Source: Callorhinchus milii (taxonomy: Eukaryota). Taken from it: DNA of 64,000 nt. The stretch is taken from contig NW_024704743.1 of assembly GCF_018977255.1 (NCBI RefSeq), forward strand, positions 58,530,001 through 58,594,000, in the 5' to 3' direction. The notes under the pieces were generated by a model that saw only the letters and a program-made list of their open reading frames with translations, made no database searches and was not told where the DNA came from. Positions 51,996 through 64,000 of this stretch are shown here, one piece after another. The stretch's first letter is position 1. Each line of letters begins with the position of its first letter. Both the position numbers and the translations under genes were made by a program.

Positions 51996-53073
51996 ACGCT
52001 TGATAGAAAGTACAATATAAAGTAGGTCCTTAAAGCTTAATGATACATTGTAATTCATCAATCAATGAAAATTGTTTTTTTTTAGTATTATGCTCTGTGG
52101 TCTGTGTGTAACAAAGCTTTTGTGTTACCTGACTCTATTTACCAGAGATAGACGCTTTGGATAACATTAACTAGATAACAGTAATATGTTTTGCCACTAG
52201 CACTTTAATAAAAAAAAGCACAATGCATGTGTGCAGATCACAATATGTCCATCATCAAGAATTTCCATATTGATGGTATTGCATGTTTTGGAGTCTGTGT
52301 GTGGCAGGCAAGTAAGCTATAACAATGACCAGGCAGGTATGGTTTTCTTTTTGAAAATTACTGTGAAAAATGTATATTTTTTAAAAAAGGGAAAAAAGTA
52401 GGATGAAGTGTCAAGGCGCATCATACCAGATCCCATCAAACTTGAAAAGGATAAGTGGGAAATAATATAAATCAAGAGATAGTAGACCAGAAGAAAATGA
52501 TCAACAACAGCAACAACCTGCATTTACACAATGCTTCTCTTGTAGCATAACATCTCAAAGCACTTTACAGAAACAGAATGGGAAACTGAACAAGCAATAC
52601 AATACAAATTTATATTCATATCATGCTTTTCTCATCAGAAGGATGTTCCAAGGTGCTTTACAACCCTCGTTTGGCACAAGGTGGGGATGGGGTAAAAGAA
52701 TGTTCACAAAATCACAAGATTGATCTGGACGAAGAAGGGTTTCAGCCCATTCAAACTCATACCTCCAGAAACTTCCTACCTCCACCACCCCCTACCCCCC
52801 CAGTGCAGCATCATTCTGCTATTTAGATGAGTACAGGATCCTGGCCTTATCTCCTCTTCTTGGTAACATGTTCCAGTCGTTGATGATTTTTATCAAAGGG
52901 ATATGTTTTTGGAAAGGTTACGAAAACAGAGATGGATGGTGCGAGATATAGGGATTTGGGACATGGTGTGTGGCATGGTGGCTGAAAACGTGTCCTCCAT
53001 TGGTAGGCTGAGTGGGCAATGGACTGAGTTTGCAGAGCAAGTGGGTAGAGACTGAGGCTGGAGGAGATCATTG

Positions 53074-53265
53074 TGGAGTCCTGTAGCTCAGTGTTTAGAG
53101 CACTCGCCTCGCAAGCGAGAGACCTGGGTTCAATTCCAGGCAGGGCAAAATGTTGGGCAAGTTTCCTTAGTCCACACACCTCTATCAGTAAGTAGTCGCC
53201 TTGTTGTTAGTCGATTGGTGCATTGCATGCAAGGATTAATCAAATGCAAGGATTATTATTATTAT
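53074..53265 (+). mobile_element. Long-subfamily SINE with large internal deletion
   Basis: tRNA-like head and part of the central segment joined directly to the caaatgcaaggattattatt tail. Confidence 0.85.
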
Positions 53266-56200
53266 CACAGAGTTAAGGTGGAATAAGGATGAATGAGTGG
53301 ATCATCACCTCCATCTATTTGCTCAACTAATGATCTATTGAGGAGTTTTGGACTATGTTTAGCAGTGAAACATGAATCAAATAATAAGAATCTTTGCATT
53401 TCATATGGCACCTTATCACGTTATCAAAATTTCTACCAATCTACATCTTCAATGATTTACTGTAAAGTGTAGTGATTGTGTCTTTGGAGGCAAATGCAGC
53501 AACTAATTTGCCCACAGAAATGTCCCACAAATAGCAATGGAGTGAATGATCATTTTTATTATCGGGAGGATTATTGGCCAGAGCACTAAGGAACTCTAAT
53601 GCAAAGACAGAGACTGCAAATTAATTTTTAATTCACTGATAATCTCATTTAATAATGTTAGTTTCAAAAATAGACTAAAAGCAAGATGTATTCTAGCCAA
53701 ACATCATTTAACATTACTTATGGTCACAAAATTGCTGACCATTGCTCACTGTCACGAGAAAAGGTTAATCTAACAATTGATGACGAGAAATAATTGTCTA
53801 TAGTAATGTTGGGCTTCTAATTTAATCTTCTGGAGGATATTGAAGCAGCCCAGGTTTGTCATTGACCCTCAAGGTTACTTACAGGTTATAAGTAACCATT
53901 TGCTGAATAAGTATCTATTCACTTACATATAGACTGTAAGTCAATGGCAGTGTAACTTAATGTAAAATACAAACATTTGACAAACTCCATAGGTTGCTCT
54001 ATTTATTGACACACAAACTCAGCGGAGACAATTAAAGTACCTTTTAGCCAATGCTGGATCCTTTCTAAACCTAGATTTGTAATTACTGAGTATAAGTGAT
54101 GGAGCAAGCAAAGATAGTGTTTGTAAAGAATTTCCAAACAGGCCCATAAAAGGAACAATAAGTTGAAAGGTGTGTACGTGAAGCTACAAGATTAATCAAT
54201 GCAGTTTGTCACATGACAACATAAGAAATCCCGTTCCAAAACAGAGAGAATATCGAGAAGCTGAATGAATTCATAAAAAATAGTGAAAAAATCTCCCACG
54301 CTATCCGCCCCACCACTGGCAGGCTGGCTATTAGCCATTCAACCCCTGTTCTGTTCTGTAGAAATCCATCCCAGAGTCCCTCCACTCATTCAAAAGCTCA
54401 TCTCGAACATACCTCCAGGTCAGCACTTTCAGTCATCTTTTACTTCCCACCCCTATCGGCTCCCACACCCAGCTCAGGTGCCCAGCCAACATTGTCAAGC
54501 TCTTTGGGACATTCTCTTGATGTTAAAGGCATGATATAAATGTAAATGTTATTGTATTAATCGTTCAGTTCTATGACCTGTTGTTATAATTCTACATTTA
54601 AAACAGATTTACAGCAGACTACTGGGAACAAGACATAAGAAATATTTGCATTTTATTTTCGAACCTTTATGAAGACTAAATGAGCGTGAGTAGAATTTTA
54701 ACAGATATTTCTCCACATTGAAGATAAAATTGGTTTAACGTTTCAAAATCATCACCAAAATATATAATCCTCTAACATATTGTCTGACACATCAAGACTT
54801 TAGTCTGTTAGGGGCAGCTTTTTGTCTCAGACAGATAAATATCCGAAGTAGATATGGCAGCCAGGATCCAATTTTCAAAAACAGACTAAAGAGGTGACAC
54901 TTCGGGATCAAGGATAAATCTTTTATAGGACAGTTCAGTTCTGTATAACAAAGAATGAACTATGATGTGATTTCCTGAATACAAATCCAATGACCCTTTT
55001 TGTTGCTTTGCTGTATTAACCATTTGCACACAAGTCAGATTTATGTCCCTTTAAAATGGATCAGAAGATCAATAGTTTTCTTTTGCATGTGGTTTGCAAA
55101 TAGTATTTTTAAATAAGGCAGAATCAAAAGAAATGAGCCCTTGGATTATTTTTCCTTTTTATTTTTTATGTGTGTCAGGTAACATGGATGTCTTAAGCCC
55201 TTCACCAACACCTTCTTTGGCTGGATGCCATGAGCTGTGTAATAGCTGTCTGGGAAGGACATGCCCTTCTGATGTTAACATCACAACCATGCTCCCATGG
55301 ATATTTCCTGACCTCAGCTCTTGGCTCAGGTTAGCAGCTGAGTGAGTGGGAGAACAAACCTGTGCTATCTGTTGATGCTTCAGTGCACAATGCTATTCTG
55401 CCATCTTTTGAACTACAATATTATCATATGAATAGCTCCTGAAGTAAACAATTGCTATAAGTCATATCCCATTTCTCACATTTATACGTGTAAATGACAA
55501 TTAAAAATAAACGCTGCTTTGTATTCTGAGTGTGAAATTCTAAAGGTTAAGTGGAACATACATTGGTTTAAAGCACAGTGCAGGAAAGATGTACCAGTCA
55601 TGCTGCTAAAACCTTAAGATGTTTCAAAGTGCTTCATAGAATATACTGCAAACAGTATATTCTGGATTAACAGTGTTTTGCGAACAAAACCAATTGCGGA
55701 CAGTAGTTATTATTTTTATCAGATATTAAACTGGAATATTTAATATTACACTGACATTGTTTAGATTACACTGGCACTAACCGATTATAAGACAGAGATG
55801 ACAATTGGACCACAGAGATAACTGTTTCTAGGCTGAATTTATCTTCCTAACACGAGGCACTGAGCTTAATTACAACATTTCCACTTCCACTCTGGTTGAG
55901 AACAGCTAAATGATCACTGAGAGGAGACTAGACCTCGGACCTCTGTATGTAGTTTCTCACTGAATAAAACTATTGAGCTATGGAGGAAGCCTCTGTAGTG
56001 CTTTTTTTAAAAACTGTTTTTAAACTGTTTTAAGTGGATAAATTACCCATGAGAGAAATTTGAATATATTCATTTAAAAAAAATGTCAATAGCATTATTG
56101 GTTTTCATGTTTTACTCTAAATCTGGTTAATGTGTTGTTTTGTCTGTAGACCTCTGTGGTTATATCTGCTTTTCAAAGTTAGTTTGATTGTGAAGTATAT

Positions 56201-57589
56201 GAACATGTAAAATTCAGTGCACAAAATAATTGGATTAGGGTCAAAAGGCTTTAGCAGAAATCATGCTGTTTAATTTAGCACACCACAGTAAAATCTATAA
56301 TAAAGTTTAAAAACAGTCAAAATGTAGCCTCGGGAAAATGTTCTGGAGTTCTGCTTGATTTACCTTTAAGTACTAAGGAGAAATTTGCAGACTTTCTTCA
56401 GTAGATGAAATGGGTTGGATGGTATCTGTGATGGAGTAGGTTGCACTTGGTTTGTGGAAATAGTGGATAGATGAATGACATATTGCCACCAGACTCCTGA
56501 CTCCTGGGGGGAGGGGCGGAACTAAACCTGAAGTTAAGCGAGGTCCCCTTGGAACTAAACTGGCTTCAAGGTGACGTACTTGGCAATGAAATGTCGAGAT
56601 TGAGTCAATCCTCTGTGTTGATCTTGATAGCTCTATAGGGAACTGTGAAGCCTGTTAGACATAAACACAGAGTCTAAAATCGCAGGGGATTTTACTTACT
56701 GGAAGTGTAGCAATGGTTGCCATTACAGAGATAACTCCCAAATTATAACTGTTAAGCATTTGTAATATAATATTAATAATAATCCTTATACATAATAATT
56801 CACCTTTCAAATTGAGAGGACATTCTAAAGCACTTCACAAGATATAATGTAAGGTTTTGTGGATGAAAGCGGCAGACAGTCTAGCACATTGTGGGATATC
56901 AAGCTTTCAAGCACATTGTGGGATATCAAGCTACTTAAGAAATGGTTAACATATGCTCACTGATGAACAGCTAATATCTGTGCAGCATAAATATTATAAG
57001 TTAAGACGGTTATAAAAGCAATGGGTAAGGGTACAATCCATTTTAATCAACGAGCCCAAAGTTGGAGGAAGAAGGCATTTGCTTTGCAAGGTAACAAGGT
57101 GAGTGTGTGCTAAGATACATCATAACTGAATATATTCAGCCAATTTATTTCACTGATCTACACAGGTGTCTCAATTCCATAGCCGTGTTTAAAAAGGAAG
57201 TTAACTGAGCAGAATAATTATAGTTCTTAAGACAGTTTTTATTGATGTTGAAGTTCTGTCATTGTAGAAATGTTATGGAAAATAAAGTTTTTTTTCAATA
57301 TTTTGTTTCATCAGAAAATTGAGTAGGACGTAAATTAGAGCAGTTAGCCGCAATTCAGAATTTTTGGGAGAAGGAAGGAAGAACTTTCAGGAGTCAGTAA
57401 AATCTATTTATTTTCCACCAGGTGTTGGCCAGAAACTTGGATTTTGGCCAATTTCTGCCAGCTCAAACTCTACCTGGTTATCCATCGATCAACAAAGAAA
57501 CAAGTGGAAATATTAGCAGCGCAGTCCCATAATCCAACAATTGAACCATTTTATTTTATAAACTTGGTGTGTTCATTTTTCGTTCTAAG

Positions 57590-57830
57590 TTTCTCCCCAC
57601 AGCCAATATGCCTTCTGCTTTTGCTGGGGTACGGTTCCGCAGCCCACCCTGTATGGTCCCACAGCCCACCCCAAGTGACCATTGTTAATGAGTGAGACTT
57701 GGCAGTGAATGTCACCAGGCCACTCAGCTGTAGAGGATGTTACAGCCGAGCCTCATCTCTCCACCTGACGGCCACACATGTACACAAACACTGGAACCTT
57801 GGTTGTTTTTCACTTCCTGACCCTGGGATG
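57590..57830 (-). mobile_element. Ancient SINE-like element resembling AmnSINE2 (from memory)
   Basis: Minus strand aggctcggctgtaacatcctctacagc…cactgccaagtctcac…aatggtcacttggg…ggaaccgtaccccagca. A second copy lies at 29495-29615 (+). Confidence 0.5.
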
Positions 57831-57959
57831 ACTGATTATTCACACACAGCAATGTCCCAGAAACAGCCATGACCGAGATTTTTATTTGCGACCAAATACC
57901 AAAACTAAATTATAGAAAAATCAAAGTTAATGTAGAAACCTTCTTAGGGTACAAGACAT

Positions 57960-58265
57960 AGGTGTCAGCTTGGCTCAGCTGGTAGTAAACACATCTCTGA
58001 TTCACAAGATTGTGGGTTCAAGTCCCACGGCAAGACTTTGAACTCACATAGTCTAGGTAGGCTGACACTATAGTGCAGTACTGGAGGTATGCACCAATGT
58101 TGGAGATGTCATCCTTCAAATGAGACATTAAACTATTAAAGTAACAATGATCAAACGCTATCATGAGTGAAAGTTGCTATGCAAGATCAGGTTGTTCTTA
58201 TAAACCAAAGTTGTATCTCCTGTTCAGGTGGACATTAAAAGTCCCATGGTACTGTTCAAAAGAAG
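57960..58265 (+). mobile_element. Older DeuSINE 5' half
   Basis: tggctcagctggtag…tgtgggttcaagtccca head followed by the Deu-like domain. Confidence 0.75.
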
Positions 58266-59329
58266 GTTGAATTTTGGGTTTTATGCCTCGTTCTCCAGAG
58301 CTGTCTGTAAAATCACTTCTCCTTGCAGCCACCCTCGCAACTTTCAATAACTCTGCTAAGCATCTACCTTTTCAATTGCACATTCGATCAACATCCTTCT
58401 ACACCTCCCACCCCACCCTACCACACACACAAACATTGCCAACCTCGCTCAGTTTCCACTCTATCTCCATAAATGTTATCCTGCATAGATGTTATGTTGA
58501 ATAAAAGACTGCATAAAGAGCAAATTGTTGTTGTTGGAGTTAATTACGAGCTGCTCTGAAGATGACTAGGTTGGATCCAGTTAGTCTCTTCTTTTTGACT
58601 GAAAGAGATAGGAAGTGAAAAAGAATATGTTTAGATAAGCCATGATTTTAAAAAGGAAAAAAAAATGATCATGTCTAACGTGGTATTGTAGGGTTGCCTA
58701 GTAGCTCTCTAATTAACCGAAGAAACTGGTCCGAACTGTTGTCAGGTTAATGTCTTCTATCTGCCTCTTTACTGGGTATCATGTATCATTGTTCAGGGAC
58801 TGACAGCAGTCAGGTTATTAGATGTGTAGATATTAAATTAGCAGCAGTAGTAAACATTGTACCACCACTTCACATCTCTGCAGAACCAATGAAGTGGATG
58901 ACACCGAATCCATGCTGATATGCTATGATGACAGATGGCAGTCATTTAACACAATACATCAGTGGGCAACCCACGTACCACAGCTGTCCTATACTAAATG
59001 AATTAGATCAGGGTAATTAATCTAAGACAGAACCTATTGCTATAGTGGGTCCAAAGCAGAATTTGAAAAAGAATAAAGCAGCTCAGTTAAAAAGCCATGA
59101 ATTTCTTGCAGAGTCGAACACAAATTTTACCTGTTCTGACCGTGCTTATATTTGATGTTGAATTACACAGGCTGTAGAGGGAAAGAGCAAATGCAAAACT
59201 GATTTACGATGCTTAATTGAGTGAAATGCTTCCTAATTCAGTTTTTAATTTGCAACAATCTTTATACAAAAATTATTTTTAATTGATGTTATCATACAGT
59301 ACAATAGATGTTTTGTTTAGATAAATAAT

Positions 59330-59845
59330 AGTAATCTTTGCATTTGCTACACTGCCTTTCATGCGTGTTTTGCAGAGGAACACAGCAGTCAATTTACATA
59401 CAGCAATGTCCCACAAACATCCAAGTGAATGATCAGTTTTGGAGTATTATTGGCTTGGATATTGGAAAAAACTTGCATCTCTTTTCGTGTAGTGCCATGT
59501 GATCTTTGAACTTACCTGAACAGACAGATAAAACCTCAGTTTAGCGTCTCATAGGAAGAATGGCAATGCAGACTGAGTTCAATGTCTAAATGCAGTGCTT
59601 GAATCCAGAATTGTATAACTAGGAGGCAACTGAGTCAGGCTGAGAGGCTGATATAGCACCTTTCACATCAGCAGGACATCTCAAAGCAGTTTGCAGTATT
59701 TGGTGTAAAATGTAGTGACTGTTTATTTTGTAGGCAAACACTATATCTAATTTGCACACAGCAAGGTCTACAAACAGCCATGAAGTGAATAACCAATGTT
59801 ATCTGGGGGATTGTTGGCCAGAACACTGGTAGAATCTTCCTTCCT
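59330..59845 (-). mobile_element. Two tandem DeuSINE fragments
   Basis: Each contains cagcaa(t/g)gtc(c/t)acaaaca…gtgaat. Confidence 0.7.
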
Positions 59846-59993
59846 TACAATATTGTGTTCAGGAAGATAATTACACAACCTGATTCACAAAGCAAACAAT
59901 ACGGAAATTAGAGAGAGAATACTGATGTGATTCTGTTATGCAAATATTTGAGCAGACTCCTACAGTATGTCTCTGTGTGTTTCTGCTGAACAA

Positions 59994-60966
59994 GTGACCC
60001 AAAAGTGACAGCGTGCAATGCCATTGACCTCACAGCTGCTGCTACCCTGACTTCCCCTGTACAGCCACAGAAGTTAACAAGGAGGTTCAACTCATGGGAA
60101 CAGATAAAATGATAATAAAGAATAATGATCCTTGCATTTGATATAACACTTTATCTGGTCATCGAGACATCTCGGAGTGCTTCACATTGATTTTTAAAGT
60201 TAAGTGTAGTAACTGAATTTTGTAGGTAAACGCATCCACATGTTTTCAATGGGCAAGTAGACAGGCTGTCAGAAGGATCCCTCTGAAGTGCAGTCACGCA
60301 TCAGTCGCAATTAATGCAGGTGGTATTTTAGACAAGGAAGCTAATGAGTTTTAATATGCACGTAGGTACGAGAACGCTGAATCGCTGGAGCCAATAATGA
60401 ACCCATGACAGAGTAATTAGCCACAATTTAAAATCTATGGATTCTAATCAGAAGAGCTGCTCGCTGGTGAAATGTGGGAATGAATGAGTCGTTTCAAATG
60501 CTTCAATCTGTTGCATAGTCACTGATTGGTGATAATTACCTCCTTTCTCTTTGTAATCCAAGAAAATGCCCAATTTCAGTCTGAATAGGCAGGCCAAAAC
60601 ATTGAATTTAGAAATCCGAGAGGTTTTAGCTGCCTACATATTAATCACCAAATGTGTCAAGCGTTTGTCAAGGTGAAATCATTTCTTCCTTTTGAGTGAG
60701 GAAAATAAAGAACATGTAACTGATTATATGTCTGCACTGGTCAAGGGATAGTTCTTAAAATGAACTTTGTGTTTTTTAAATTTCTTTACATTTCTTAATA
60801 ATTATAATCCTGCAGTGTGTAGGATATTTTTAAATTTCTTTAAATTTCTTAATAATTATAATCCTACAGTGTGACCCAAAAGTGACAGTGTGCAATGCCA
60901 TTGACCTCACAGCTGCTGCTACCCTGACTTCCCCTGTACAGCCAGGGAAGTTAACAAGGAGGTTCA
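59994..60966 (+). repeat. 96-bp direct repeat (59994-60089 and 60871-60966)
   Basis: 93 of 96 positions identical by eye. Confidence 0.95.
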
Positions 60967-61194
60967 GCATACACATTTGATATAGAGCTTTATCACATTG
61001 TTGAAACATCTGAAAATGCTTCACAAAAAGCACTTTACTGTGAGCTGTAGTGACTGTGTATTTGTAGGCACACACACCATCTAATATGCGCACAGTAATG
61101 TTGCCACAAACAGCCATGAAGTGAATGGCCAGTTTTATCTGGATGATTGTTGGTCAGGACACCAAGAGGAACTCTCTTCTCATAAATATGAACA

Positions 61195-61460
61195 TTCCTG
61201 GGCATATCCCTTGTGCCCTCAGTTCCACTATCGGTGGCCGTGCCTTCAGCCACTATACTCCAAAACTCTGAAACTCTCTTTCTCAATCCTCCGCTTTGCC
61301 CCCTCCCTCCCCACCTTCAAATCCCATCTAAATACCTTCCTTTTAGATTGTGTTTACACCCTCCTCCCTCTCCCTCGGCTCGTTGTCAGACACCACCACT
61401 GTCAAGCACTCCAGGATGCTATGCTGCATTAAGGGTGCTATATAAATGCAAGTTGTTGAA
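61195..61460 (+). mobile_element. Older L2 3' portion
   Basis: ccactatcggtggccgtgccttcagc (TIGGRAFS) and tail. Confidence 0.75.
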
Positions 61461-62932
61461 TTTCTAGTGCATTAACACCACTAACAAGGCCAGCTTCGTC
61501 TTGAGTTTGTGGATGATAGCTTTTGACTTCCACATCATCGCTTTTTTGCTAAACAAATATCTCAAAGTAAAATGGCGTTCCCACTAACTGGCAGTCAAGT
61601 ACAAGATGGAAATAAAATGTAAATTCCATCTTCCCCGACAACCATTGAAACGGCCTCGAGAGGTGTCTGCATCCAGCAGATCTGGATAATTTCTGTACAT
61701 TACTGAAGGACCTGCTACAGTTGAATCATTTGTTGTCTCCCTCATTTCAAAGATTACAAAGAGTGCACCACACAGAGACAGGCCACTCGCCCAACCACTG
61801 TGCCGGTGTTTATACTCCACATTCCTTATCCCTCCCATACCATTCTATTCCCACTCTCTCTCATGTGTAGATCCATCTTAAAAGGTGATTAGGTTGAATT
61901 ACCTTAGGACTGCTGGCACTTGTGGAACTCAATTCACTTTACAATATATTCTGTGAAGCGCTTTGAGAAGTCTCAAAAATATAACAAGGCACTATATTAA
62001 ATGCATTATTTAATGATTATTATTATTATTGTTCCCCAGAATGGGTTACACCAGACATGAAAAACATACCGAGGGGAAGAAATAACAATTGTTTAAGAAA
62101 GCTAAAACTTCTATTTGTCTTTCTTGAAAATTGCCACCTAAATTAATGGAAGTAAGATCCTTAACCTGTTCAAATGGGAATTTCTCTACTCAAAACTGTC
62201 AGTGTATTAAAGGGTTTGGTGAAAGATCAAGCATTGGGATTAAAACATCTGTGAGGAGCTATTAAACCGGACTCAGTGTGCTTCATGGCCTCTTCCTACT
62301 TTTGAACTATAGCAAAACCAAAATATTCAAACACTGGATTTATCCACAGTAGTGTTAAAATAATGCAGTAAATTATGGTATGGATGTCTGATACAAAACA
62401 ATGCCTTCAAAAAATGATGAAATGACTAAGTGATTGCAAAAATAATTAACAGTGTTAAGTTACAATTACTGCTAAGCACTCTCACAAGCATATTAATGAA
62501 ATGTGATTTCTTATAAGGCAACAAAAATGTTTACAGCTAAGAAAGAACTACCATGCTATAAAGCAATGTTTTGCCTGAGGGGAAAAGATATAACATTAGC
62601 AGGTAAAAGAGTGGATTCAATGGTTCACCTTCTGCAAGAGATACCTGACACAGGTTCATATTAGTATTACATCATACAAAGCGATGGTCTATTATTTCAT
62701 ACGTGACGTTATATGCTCTCACAGATATTAATCACGCTGAAATAATAATTTGTACTGAAATTTCACATACAGTAAAGTATTTTGTATAATTACTTTGTAT
62801 TGTAATTTATTGTGAAAGCTCAGAATCATTGCATTCCAGTACACTGCTCCAGGTGTATAATATGCTTTGCAATAATAAAAATGCATCTTTCAGAACATAT
62901 AATAAGAAGAATCCTTGCATCTGGTATTATGT

Positions 62933-63341
62933 CATTCACGGCCTTGCTCCCTCCTACCTCTCCGACCTACTATCCCCCTACTTACCTGCCCGTACCCTCC
63001 GTTCCTCTGGCTCCGGTCTGCTCCACATCCCCCACCCTAACCGCCCTACCATCGGTGGTCGGGCCTTCAGCCTCTCAGCCCAGAGGCTCTGGAACTCCAT
63101 CCCCCAGTGCCTTCACCTCGCTTCCTCCCTTTCCTCCTTCAAGGCCGGTCTCAAGACCTTTCTCTTCAACCGTGCCTTCATCTCCCCTCTCGACTCTCTA
63201 TCCCCTTCTCGCTCCCTCCCTTCCCTCCCCTCACCCTGACCATTTCCCCCCTGCTCGGGTCCCAACCCAACTGTCCAGCACCTTGGGACGTCCTCCCGAC
63301 GTGAAAGGCGCTCAATAAATGCAATCTTGTTGTTGTTGTTG
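62933..63341 (+). mobile_element. L2 LINE 3' end, same subfamily as 31795-32632
   Basis: Near-identical by eye to 32226-32632, with (GTT)n tail. Confidence 0.93.
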
Positions 63342-63384
63342 TATGTCATGTCACATCATTGTACTTTTCATTATGAAAAGTAAG

Positions 63385-63745
63385 CGGGGTCTCCTGGAGC
63401 TGAGCTGTCTCCAAGCTGATATGTTTGACAACAGAATGTCAGAACTGAGTCCACCCTCTGAGGTGGCCTTGATAGTCTAGAACCTGTGCCAGGCAGGTCG
63501 GCAGTATTCTAGGGCAGTGCTGATGACAGCACAGTCAGCCTGGCTCATCGACAGATACCTGGAAAGGCAGACTGGGAGCAGGGAATCTTACCACTCAGCT
63601 CCCTTAAACCTGCAAGCCAGGCCATGCCCTCAATGGCAAGCTATGCGCTTTTAGCCGGCTAGACTCCAGCAGCACCTCAACGCACACTCTGGGGTCCTCA
63701 TGTTTTGACTCTTGTCAACCTTCACCTAATACCTATCAGGAAAGG
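63385..63745 (-). repeat. Unclassified dispersed repeat, same family as 1870-2435
   Basis: Reverse complement shares gatgagccaggctg(a/g)ctgtg, ggagctgagtgg and gagtctagccggctaaaa with 2085-2430. Confidence 0.75.
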
Positions 63746-63754
63746 CTGATCATG

Positions 63755-64000
63755 CTTGGACTCTTCTTTTGAAAAGAGGAGGGTAAAGGGTGATAGAGGT
63801 CTTTAAAATTATGAAAGGCTTTGATAGGATAGACATAGGGAACATGTTTCCATTTGTGGGGGAGACCAAAACCAGGGACATCAATATAAAATAGTCACAA
63901 ATAGATCAAATAGGGAAGTTAGAAGAATCTTCTTTACACAGAGAGTAGTGTGAATGTGGAACATGCTACCATGAGGAGTTGTTGAGGCAAATAGCATAGA
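63755..64000 (+). mobile_element. CR1 LINE ORF2 C-terminal fragment, runs off the window
   Basis: EVFKIMKGFDRID…MFPFVGETKTRGHQYKI…RIFFTQRVV motifs. Confidence 0.88.

Overview
Repeat-rich vertebrate genomic DNA with no intact protein-coding gene, rRNA, true tRNA or CRISPR array. The mix of L2 and CR1 LINEs, tRNA-headed Deu-domain SINEs with L2-type tails and palindromic MITEs suggests a cartilaginous fish, probably a chimaera such as Callorhinchus (inference). Almost all listed ORFs are fragments or antisense frames of these elements. The most notable non-TE signal is an intron-containing, decayed SPOP/SPOPL (MATH-BTB) pseudogene at about 30.3-31.5 kb. One of its exons is well preserved, the others are heavily eroded, and the locus overlaps a nested inverted duplication. 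Also present are very degraded retroviral-type (RNase H plus integrase) and Gypsy-type pol remnants, an unclassified dispersed repeat with 8 fragments, several nested or templated insertions, one orphan exon candidate and several repeat-free TAAT-rich blocks. All family assignments are by eye against remembered consensus sequences. No database searches were run, and repeat boundaries are approximate.
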